Shown here: piece after piece, positions 27,801 through 39,800 of the stretch | Layout of the letters: the number at the start of each line of letters is the position of its first letter | Position numbering within the stretch: the first letter of the stretch is position 1 | Assembly: GCA_964658305.1 (NCBI GenBank) | Contig: OZ210885.1 | Coordinates: 10,974,001-11,038,000, forward strand | DNA from: Leptogorgia sarmentosa | Lineage: Eukaryota | Reading direction: 5' to 3' | Length of the DNA: 64,000 nucleotides | Made by a program: the position numbers and the translations under genes | Notes under the pieces: model-generated | The model's input: the letters and a program-made list of their open reading frames with translations, nothing else | The model's database searches: none | Told to the model about the DNA's origin: nothing

Positions 27801-30800
27801 ACAGGTTACAGTCGCTTCTGCGCATCGGTTCTGCTCATAACAAATGAGGACCACATTGTCCAAATTTCGCATTTTTTCAAACTTTTTTGAATCGAAACGC
27901 TGGTTTATATTGTTTTAGGAGCATAGCAAACCCGAAAAGTGTCAAATATTCAGTAGTTCAATCAAATTTTACAAATATAGCAACTCAAAATGTAAACAAA
28001 GCGTTTGTTTACATTAGTCTGTAACCCCCTTAGCAATATACGAAAACAAGCATTCATCCGTAGTCCGTAGCAGTAGTCCGTTGTGAAGATCTTAAATTCC
28101 CTAATATACGGCAAACGCAACCGCTGGGATGTAGTCACGTGGTTTCTTCACGCTTGCGGTTTGACGTTTCAGCCAAAAAACGAATATCTAAATGTCCCTA
28201 ATAATTCATGAAGAAAACACGGGAAATCGTCACCGTGCATGTGTCAGTATTTGTAATAGCTACGCAGATTTCGGTTGATTGGCAGAAACTATAACTTTGA
28301 TTTTCTGATGTAATATCAGATGTGTTCTTAAAATTAAAGAAGGTTTGTATCACACCTTAGATAATCGAAGGCATACATGGACGGGAAACTCTGGCTTAAA
28401 CTGCACGACATCCGCGTTATGCGCTTTGTTTTGAAACCTGTAACTTCACATTCAATCCATTCCTGAACTTCGTACTGACATAATTATTTTAAACCGGAAC
28501 CGAACGAAATGTACATTTACATATAATATATAATAAGAAAGCATAAGAATGACCGACGTTTGAAGTAGGTTATATTTTAATAAAATTAATAGTCTAGGGA
28601 AATTGTATATCAGTATATGGATACGAGCATTGAAGCATTGGCTTTTAATTTCATAAACAGCTTTAAATTTCGACAGATTCAGTAAGTTACTAATTTACCA
28701 TGTGTTATGGAATGGATTCTCATGCATATGATTTAACACAAACTATACATCAACTTCATTCAGACCTATATGATGACGGTTTCAGGTCCACGTACACATA
28801 ACCCATGATAGATAATAATTGAAGTATGAATATGTGACCAGTGTATAGGTAGCAGATGTCAACATCAACAACAAATAAAGGTCTACTCAATACCTACATA
28901 TAAGGGATACAGACGGATTTGACGTTTCCAGCAAAAGGGCCCTCGTCGGAAATTAGTGTAACACAATATTCGATCCCACCGAAGGGCCTCTGCTCGAAAC
29001 GTAAAATCTGTTTAGTAGAATCTGCTGGCTGTTAATAATGCCACTACCAACACAACCAAGTATACTATAAATACAACTTTTATTTGAATTGTAGTTGGTT
29101 AATCTGGAACCATATTAACCCGATCGTAAAATACCCCCATTACTAAAATCACTACCAAATTTGTTTTCTATACGAGAAAAATACTTACTATACCTATTTT
29201 GTGTTGCTGGAAGACCCAACAACGGCTTAGTGAATGCAGAAGTTCTGTCATCTACGAGTTTGCCTATTCGTGATGCGACACAAGACATGTATTGTTCAAG
29301 ATCGTTATCTATAGTTATGTATAATTGACATTTGATGTAGTCCAATTAATATGAGGCTCGAGATAATCCTGAATATAATCGATGACTACATGGGGCAAGA
29401 ATCGTGGAAAAATTCATTGTGGGCAACGCATGCGTAAATAGTAATACCTGTCAACTGGTGAAAGAAATCAATTTTCAACCACCTCCCCTCGTGTAGTGGA
29501 TGGATCGCGGAAGTCTCATGCGGTAACAACTTATAACGTTCCTGTAATGGGATAGTTGTTCACGTGTTAGATAGCGCCATCCGCTGAGTAAATAGATGAC
29601 TGTGTACACCAATTCCCGAGGAAGGACGTTTCATGAAAACGTTAAATCTGTTTCTATCGTTTAGGTGGTGAGCATGACCGTTGCCCTTTGTTGAATTTCT
29701 TGAAACAACCCGTTAAAACTCTGACGCGAATAAAACTTAAATATTTTTAAGTTGAATATTGTTTTTTGTCAAATGCCTGCTCCGTATCTGCGATTTTATA
29801 GCTTTCCGAGCATTTTTACGACAATTGAAATATTTGCTAACAAGTATGTATATAGTCCTATCTGACTTTTCCACAATTGGCCACTGTTCCATGGCCGTTC
29901 CATTATTATAGTCTAACGAACACTCCAATAGACTCCTGAACTCAAGCAAACCGGGCAAACTTTCTCCAGTAGGTTGTATATACATGCAGTTAAACTGTTA
30001 AATGCATACATAAGTATGAAGACATAAATTGAACAAAATCATTACAAAGATTGTGTTACTAGAGAAATGTGCTTTCCAACCTTTATATCCACTGATCTCG
30101 TACTACTGGATTTATCATCCTTTTGAATTCAGTCAGGAATTTTGAAGTTAGAAAATTTGTAATGAGATAAGATTCTAAAATGAGTGAAATCGATCGCAGT
30201 TTCCGTAAATGGTATCACAACATTCATGGTCGGATTATAAAGAAAATGTCTTTTGCAGTTCAAGACATAGACAGAGCTTGTGCTAACTTTTCTAGTGCTT
30301 TCTAGAATGTTTTAAAAGCTTTGTAAAGAATCACACAGCGTCCGTCTTCGTGTGACCTCATTATTTATTCACGGGCAAATTTAAAAAGGAAAAAGACACC
30401 ATTTTTGGAGGAAATTTATTTAGACAATGTTTATTTAAATATTTTAAATAATAAAACTGTAGGAACTTCAAAAACACCACAGTGGATTTTAGATGGTGTC
30501 ACAAATATGGCCACATTTGGTTCATTTATGCTTTACCGAAGCTTTGTCCAGTCATATTCTAGGTCTGTTATTAATACGTATATCTCGGAAATTAAAACGT
30601 AAAACCTATAATCTAGAACGTATATATTAACTAATTTGTTGTGCTCTATCCCAATCTTAAAAAACTGCATAACTTCCGGTTTATATATAATCGCTTTAAG
30701 TAGCACGCATAATATAACTAACTAAACCTATTTGCAAAGTCATTCATGTGCGTGTTATTAGTTATTATATTCTTAATTAGTTTTGATAAATTATTGTAGT

Positions 30801-33800
30801 CACAAATTTTAAGCTTCATACAGAATATTAATTTTTCCTTTTATTTTTTAAGGTGTGGAATTTGTCCGATGGCAGTGTGATCAATGGAATTGATAGCGAT
30901 GGCGCACCTGAGATTGTTCGCTTTAGTTCTGATGGGTTGCAAGTTATAATTGGATGCAAAGATAACCATGTGTTCATCTGGGACTGGCAAAACCCTGATG
31001 CGTCTTTGAAAGAAGTCATTTTACCCGCGTCCTATACAGTGGAAATAGCATGCGATCGCAACATGATTTTCACATGCAGCCGGGATATGCATACTAGTGA
31101 AATTAATCTCGACTCACTACAAGTATCGACTGTTCGTCAAGGGTCGAGCGTCCCACCAGTAATATCACTCGACGGTAAAAGAGTATTATTTGGGTCGCTT
31201 GTTAAGAATGTGTTTTTCCACTGGACACTTTCAACTGATAGTCGGGCCGAGCATAGTGCAGGTGGGTAAATGAAGAAATATTTCAAACTTAAAAAAAGTG
31301 GGTTAAGTCGACATTGATGCTACTACAGGATATTATACTATGATCTTTATACACACAAAATTTATGTGTGTGATATATCCGTTTTAATTCAGAATATATT
31401 TCTCCCAAAAAACAGTGCATTCAAATTGATATTGGATTCGATTTAAGATCGAAATTGTCATGGCTTCACATGCTATTTTTCGATTACGAACTATACAATT
31501 AAAACGGTTTCATCGCGAGTATCTAGCTACAAGCCGATATGCATTATTTAGGTGTGTTGCATGTATAGAAATCCTATAGGATTTGCAGCACATCGATGCC
31601 GATGAATGTAAAACTCAATGCTTATTTAGCTCATCAAGAATTTTTTTCCATCATCCTTTTCAATTTATTTGCTACTATTCATTTCGCATTATTTAACAAT
31701 TATTCGCCGAAGGCGAGGTGATTATCGGTCAATAAAAACCGAGAAGACTCAGTATATTAAGACGATTCAGACGATATTAATTCAGTCATCTCAATGATTG
31801 GAAGTGGTATAAAGGACCCCGACTACGAGCCCTAATTCTGTACCTCCATGTGCTAATTCACACGCAGTCATTTTTGACTTCGTCACTCCTATGTGGTAAA
31901 CCTGAAAGTTGCAACACTGGTAAAATTAAGTCGTCGATAGCTTGTCGAAAACACGTGAAAGAGAGTTGAGAACGAAATAGAGGACCGCAATGTTATATGG
32001 TTAGCATGAGTTCTTCACCATTATACATCCCCGCAATATAATACCGTTTCAATTCAGAATATATTAGTATTTCAAAACCCCTCTCTCGTGAGTAGCTATA
32101 ACACACGCCTCCAGGAAAAACTCACGACATTCGGCAAAAGCTTTGACAGGCAATTTGTAAATGAGTTCGTGCAAAGAATCGAACCGATCTTAGAGGTAAA
32201 AGGTGCTTACTCTAGTCTGCATGTGGAGAAAATAAACGACGAAAAATTGATCTCAAAATAAAAATTGATTAATCCACTGCTGTGCGTGATTATAGTCGAA
32301 TCAAACTAATATATTAGTTTGATTCGACTATAATCACGCACATCAAACTACTATACAGCTGATTCAAAAAACGTTGTCTTTTTCAAACTCAAAACATTAA
32401 ACGTTCAACTATGAACTCGCGATGCATCGTGGGAACGCATGGCCTGGTTTTGCTTAATGAACTGTTGAATGTCCAGTTTCGATGAGGTGTTTACAGAGCT
32501 CACGAACAAATGTCAGACCTTGTTGGAAAGTTGGCATGATTTGCCTTTGGACAAGACTGCTTGTCATACTCAACGAGCAAAAACGAAAAATTTTTTGGTT
32601 ATACAGAGCTTTATCGGCAAACAAATGACTATCCGCTTGCGTATAGCTATATTATGCTTGGCAAGTTAAGTAAATAATTCCCAACGTCGCTCTAAATTAA
32701 TTCGAGTCAATGACTCATCGATACATTGTCTAGAAGACGAAATTTCCGCAAATATCACATCTGATGTACTTATAAGATGCTCACTTCGTCAATTTGAAAG
32801 TCCATTATTTCGGTCAACCATATTGCTCTACATCGTACGTCTTGGCTATATGCACGCGGCATGTTAAGATCACCTTCACTCCTCGCCTTTCAATAGTTCA
32901 TTTATACGCGAGAACAGGCCATGCATTGTGCGCACAATGTTTTGAGTGGGGGAAAGGACAACCTTTTTGTAATTAGTTGTACAGTACGTTACTCATAGTT
33001 GTCGCCAATATCGTGTTTCCTGGGTCATCCTGATTTAACGATGCGAATAAATGATATATTCGAGTTCCAGTGATGAGTTTGACCGTCTACAATTTCCATT
33101 ATCGCGCAACTGCATTGTTCGCGAAATTGCATGATGACGATCTGCTACTGAAAGCAATGCGATCTTGGAAGAAAAAGAAAAAAAACATAATTGTATGTAA
33201 TTTGTCCCATTTTTTAAAGATCTGGGTGTAACAGAGTGTATTTGTCTGAACCAGCTCGTCATGCAATAATTCACGACAAAACCAAGTATATAAAGATTTT
33301 ATATAAAGACAAGATGGACTATTAGGACAGATTTTATATAAATTGGCTTCAAACCTATGTTAAGAAGTATTTCTTATTCCATGACATTATTTTCATTGAA
33401 TATAAACTTCTCAAACAAGTTTATGAATGCAAAACAATCCGGTTAACAATTGACGTGCACTTGTCTTGGAAAAATAAACTGAAACTATTTGCCAAAAGGT
33501 AACCGCGTGAATTACTGCTGGCTAACTGTTTCTTTACCACAACATTCTTATTTTGATATATAACGCTATTGTTAGTCCGCGAACATTTGAGCCAACCCTA
33601 TCTTCCCAGCGGCTGTACGAACAATGTCTCAGAATTCATCAATACCCCCCGATATCCCTCAGCGTTTTCTCATCAAAATCAAAATGCCAAAAACAGCTGG
33701 TACTCAGAAACATAGTCCAACTGTCGAAACCATCTAAATCATCCGACTTTTTTCAACACGCATCTCTCCTCGTAGGGGGTCTCAGGCATTCTGAATTTAA

Positions 33801-36800
33801 ATTTTCACGTGTTGCTTTTTGGCAAAGCGCGTTTGCTGATGAATAGAGTCTCGGACTCACGACATATATCTATAGGAAAAGGCTGCATCTCGAGAAAAAT
33901 TCTTTCTCGCTCCACATTTTGATACCAAACGCGGCATAATATGTATTTTACTCTTGGGACCAAGGGCGTCAATCATGGGGGGGGGGGGGGGGGGTTCGGG
34001 GGGGGACAGGTCCCCCCACTTTTTGCGTAGGGGGGGGACACATATACAATTGTCCCCCCCCCCCACTTTTTGCGCCTTGTTACGCAAGTACTTTGACATT
34101 TCAGCTAACAAAGCTTCGGAACTGTTAATACTACTAAATCTGAATTAATTCAAACTTCAAAGGAAAGACTTCAGACCTATTTAAATTTGTTTTTATAAGA
34201 AAATTTAGAATTACAATCGTAACTGATTGAAGTATATATACATATTTATTGCTCCTTTGCTGTTTTGTTAACAACCTTACCGAGTATCGATTGTAGATGT
34301 CATCATAAACTTTCTTCGAGGAAAGAACAGTCAAAGAAATTTTATAATGAATACAACATTGAAGGTTTAAGTGTAAATGAATTACTAATTAATAATTAAC
34401 TAATAGTTCAGCGCCGCGGAGGTGTCCCCCCCACTTTCTGACATGGATTTCCGCCCTTGCTTGGGACATATTGGTGAACGATAAACCTCAGTTCAATACT
34501 AAACGTACACCACTGTTTCGATAATACAGTGGACTTTATTGATTTTGTAACTTGAAAATCAGAGTGGCTGTAGATCGCCAAACATCCAAGATGATGAAAC
34601 GAATTCAAAAGCCACTCGTTCAAGCTAAAAGATTTCAACAATGATCGATTGCTGTCTAAGTATCCTGAAATTTGAATTTCAAGCTTATCTTTCCGAAAAA
34701 TATGTTGTTCCCCCATCAAAATTATAAGTTAATTTCTTTGAGTATTACTCGCAAAAAGCGGAGCCCGGCGTAAAAGTTTATGGTAATTTGTGTTATTCAC
34801 TGACTTGCTGTACTTAATATAAAATATTAATTGATATACTTGACAACTTCAAATGACTTTAAATAAACGTTTTACTTCTTTCAGGTCACCCTGACGACTC
34901 GATAGTTACGGCAATTGACTGCACATCAAATGGGAAATTTGCTTTGTCTGGAAGCAGTTCAGGGACATTGTCACTGGTCGACATAGAGTGTTCTAGAAAA
35001 GTTCAATTCGCAAAGACCGAATCTGGGGTAGCCATACGTTTTGTCTCCCTATTAAGTGATGATGCCCGTTTCGTTTTTGTTGACGAGGCAAACAGGATCG
35101 AACTAAGAACTTTTAATGATACCGAGGCCAGCATTAATTTGGGTCAACCAGAAGTTAAAGTCACCTGCATTACTGCTCTCGGTTCAAACTATACATTGCT
35201 TGGTTGTGCTGACGGAGAACTGTTATGGTTCCAATTTAACAATAAATCGCAGGTGAAATTCCCAGCACACAAGGATGCCATTTCTCAAGTTAAAGGCGAG
35301 GTAGGAGGTCATGATCGTTCACGTCGCTTTGCATCGGGGTCTATCGGTGGGTCTGTGAAGCTTTGGAAAGTTGAAGAAAACTTGCCGACGTTAATATGGT
35401 CACATGACAACATTTGTTCGGATTCCATTACCGCGTTAGAATTCGTGCCTTGCTCGGATGATATCATAATTGCTTCTGGCGGCCAGGTATGCACACCATT
35501 TGCCTTCATTAAGCGACAAGAGAATCTCATTAAGGTAATCTTGCACCTTCAGCAATACAAGTGCGAATATCAATAACACATTATGTGAAAGTCACTAAGC
35601 ATGGAAAGAAATTCAATAGCAACAATTTTCGTGATCATGCGTAAAAGTTGAAAAACACAAATCAAAGATGGAAATTTAATAGGAATACAAGGTATATTCA
35701 AAAAAACAAAAGACGTTTTCACCTTAATACAAGGAATGTTCAATAACATAAAAATGTAAGTTCAAAAAAGAGGCACATGATAATGCAATGTGGTTTGAGT
35801 CTAAATTTACTCAATACTCGCTCTCTACACATTACACATACACACAATTATATTACACGTAGCAGTATGCACCCGCTTAACCATTAATGTTTTCCCTTGC
35901 AAGACATCGTGGAATGCAACGCACAACAAACCCACAAAAATGTCTAAAGCTGATTTCACAAGCGACTATTGTAAACCAACGTTGCCAATGCAAATGAAGT
36001 AAGCAGCAAAATTCATTGACTCGTTCCCTGTTACACACTGCTTTCCCTTGAATATATATTTGTATTCAACCTTATTGAACTTACATTTTTCTCTAATTGA
36101 ACGTCACTTGTATTCAAACGAAACACCCTTTTGTTTTTTTGAATGTCCTTTGTATTCTTATTGAATTTCCATCTTTGATTTGTGTTTTTAAACTTTTACG
36201 CATGACCACGAAAATTGTTGCTATTGAATTTCTTTCCATGCTTAGTGACTTTCACATAATGTGTTATTGATATTCGCACTTGAATTGCTGAAGGTGCAAG
36301 ATTATCTTAATGAGATTCTCTTTTCGCTTAATGAAGGGCAAATGGTGTATATCATTTTCCAAAAAAGATTGTCAAGCGTTATTTTTGGCCGTGTTACTTG
36401 TTGTATAGGTTGAGCTGCAATTTAAATTTCGTGATGTCTCTTTACCGAACAAGATTGTCAAACGTTATTTTCCCCGAGCCACGGCGCGAAGCGCCGTCCG
36501 GGCGTTAGCCCGGGGCGAGGGTAATAATTCCGCAATCCACTAATTCTCAGTATTCGGTATTTATTACGTATTTTCCGCCGATGACGTCATCAGCGTCCAA
36601 TAATTATTTTTTTGGATCGAACTTGGATCCAAAAAAAAAATTATTGGACTCTCTCGTGCCCAAGCCCTTGCGCTGTCAAAAGCTTGAAGCTAAAAGCGCG
36701 CGAAAAAAACAAACAAACAAACAATGGCCTGCGGCAGATTTGCTTCGCTGAATGATAGAGAACTCTCTTTTAAATGTATAATAAAACAATTATTAGATTC

Positions 36801-39800
36801 GGCTTTCGCATGATATCAAGAATTATTCAGACCTCGGTCAAAGTTATCCGCCTCAGCTTCGCTTCGGCAGATAACATTGACCTCGGTCTGAATAATTCTT
36901 GATATCATGCTCAGCCTCATCCAATAATTGTTTATTATTTCAAAATTAAAATTTTCAGCTAATTACACCATATTAAGATTTAAAGGTGGGTTACAGTCCC
37001 TTCTGCGCATGTGCGCTGAGTTTGTTATGAGTAGGCTACTCATGTTACAATCATAACAAGTTCCCAGTCCTACACAGTAATAACAACGCGCGCGGCCGCC
37101 TAATGTTTTCACTGTCGTGGGCTGCAAGGAGCGATGGCTGATCCAGGCGCGTGAAGTTCCGCAGAAAAACCCTTCAAATACTAAGCGCAAGAAAAGAGAC
37201 GCATCTAATATATTTTTATTCGATGTTTCGGGAGGTGGAGAGCGTTCAAACAAGAACGCAACCTGAAGACTGACCAGAATGTGCATACGTGCGTATTAAA
37301 TGATCGAGCAGAAAATCTGCCACATTCTGGTCAGTCTTCAGGTGGCGTTCTTGTTTGAACGTTCTCGACCTCTCGAAAGATCCGTCTCTTTTCTTGTCAT
37401 ATACCTTTTTAGCGTCAGATATGCAACGACGCTTAGTATTTGAAGGGTTTTTTGCGGAACTTGACGCGCCTGAATCAGCCATCGCTCCTTGCAGCCCACG
37501 ACTGTGAAAACATTTAGGCGGCCGCGCGTGTTGTTATTACTCTGTAGGACTGGGAACTTGTTATGATTGTAACATGAGTAGCCTACTCATCACAAACTCA
37601 GCGCACATGCGCAGAAGGGAGTGTAACCCACCTTTAAAGAATACCTGAGTATCATTTTACTATTTTCAGTGAATATTTTCATTTTTTCTTCAAAAGCATG
37701 TTGTTTTTTTATTAAACTACAAAGAAGATTGGTTCGCGGCCCTTACACTAACGAGGCCAATTAAAAAACTCAAATTTATTGGTGGGAAAGCATCACGTGA
37801 TCGACATCTTCACAAATGAACAAATGGAAAATATCTCACTCTTATACTGTGTGTTTTTTGGTATCTAACTATCTACTATGTTAGGCTTGTTTGGTTAGGC
37901 TTGCATCGCTTTGAGCGTAAAAAATAAAGAACGTAAATAGTGCTCAGTGTTGTACAGTATGCAAAATGTCCCCAGCCTCAAGCTGATATTGATTTCATAA
38001 CTTAACATAATTACAAAATTTCAACTAGTTTAATACAAAATAACAAAAGATATAATCGAGTGAATATAGCAAAATGGATTTCTGTCCGGACAGCATTCTA
38101 AAAGTCACACCTTTGTCACAAGTTCAATAAAAATTGATATGTTGCTTAGAATTAACATATCATTACATTATAGAAACAACGCCTTATGACCTGTGTGTTC
38201 GGAATCAATTTCATCCAATAAATATAGCACTATAAAAGCCACCAAGCACTTATAGTCAAATTACTGGAATATTATAAACTGCTTTACACCAACAAAAATT
38301 TCAACCATCTGCAAGTTTGACAAAGAAATAATTCTTGCAAAAAGAAAGTAAATCTTGTGTAACGTAAAGTTTGATCCACATTATTTTGACAGGTTGAGCG
38401 GATAAATGCCAACGGAAATGTGCATAGTTATACATATCCAAATAAAGGGACGATAATTGAAACAATTCGCGTGGTCCAGAACTTCCTTTTTGGTGTTTAT
38501 TCTGACAAGAGAGGAGTTGCTAATGGAGCTGAAGAGGACACATGGGTCAGCAAGTGTGAACTGAACAAAGAGTGGGAGGTCGAGGATTCTGAATTTTTTA
38601 AAAGAAGAATTTTAAGGGTGAATAATTCTGGCAGCCATGTGGCTATTTTAGGTAATTTATTTCATTTTTTAATCTCAATTGCAACAACGTGTGGCTGCGC
38701 AATTCTTCTAGTATCAGCACAGCCTTACTCTCCGACATTCCGTCCACGCCCTTGTTTCCCCGTCCACTGCACAAATGCCTGGACACGAGTCTTTTCAAAC
38801 AAACAAGAAGTTATCCAAGCAATGGAAGTAACATGCGAATATGCTGCATTTTGTACCTCCGAATGCGAAACCCCCCGTGCGAATATACCGCATTCCACTA
38901 GCCTTAACCTCACGTAACACCACGTGCATTACCCGTTTGACTTGCAACTATGTTATCTAACAAGTATTCGCACGGAAACTTTGAGCATTACCCACAGCTT
39001 AGTCTGTATGTATTTTCCCCGAGCGTACGAGCGTAAGGCCTGGCGAGGGTACTAAGTCCGTCCACCGATTTTCACCCGGGAAAATAAAAACCCAAGGCAA
39101 GTTGGAAGACCTGTCGTTGATAGACCACCCACTGATCTGAGAAACACTGGATTATGCGAATCCTGCAATTAAGCCTCACTCCTTTATGAGATAATTGACA
39201 CGAGCACTCTCTGCAGTCTTTCTTTAGCTCAGTGGTTCGTGTCTTAGCCAGTCAGCATTCAGAATGGGTTGTCCGAATAAAAATCCATTTCGCTATATAT
39301 TCACTCGATTATATCTTCCGTTCTTCTGTATGAAACAAGTTGAAATTTTGTAATTATGTTTGGTGTTGAGGAACGAATCGTTTAATGTAACATGACGTAT
39401 ATTGTTAGTTAAAAACCGCTGCATGAGCGTAATGCGGTCAATATTTCGAGGAGAAGCGTGGTTGTTGTTTTGTATTATTTGTTTCGAGCAAATATACGGA
39501 AAATTTATTGTCCTTTGAAGACTTTTGAGCGTATTTATTTGTCTGTTCTACGCAATCGAGAACATTTGGTCCTTCGAGCCGGATCTATAAGTATTAACAG
39601 TTGAACGGAAAATCGTGCAATTCACGATTGATCGACGATTTGAAAATGGCGGCGACAAATTCAAGTCAAATAAACGTGACTGTTAGGCTAGAAAAAGACG
39701 TAACTAAGACAACGACGACTGTGAAAGATGACTTTAGCGACAAAGAAATTGTGAAAATTGGAAGTACTGTAAGTACAAAGATTCAAAGTCTACGCAATAA

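Larger units (their letters stand above)
23128..28199. mobile_element. PIF/Harbinger-related MITE shell expanded by nested insertions
   Basis: Ends AGAGACCTTTAGAT..gacgtcaaac / gtttgacg..ATCTAAATGTCCCT, flanked by AAT on both sides; TIRs are diverged. Confidence 0.55.

Noticed and set aside
39220..39260. tRNA gene (tagctcagtggt A-box)
   Set aside because: No B-box or cloverleaf; at most a SINE relic, as is the B-box-like motif near 32176
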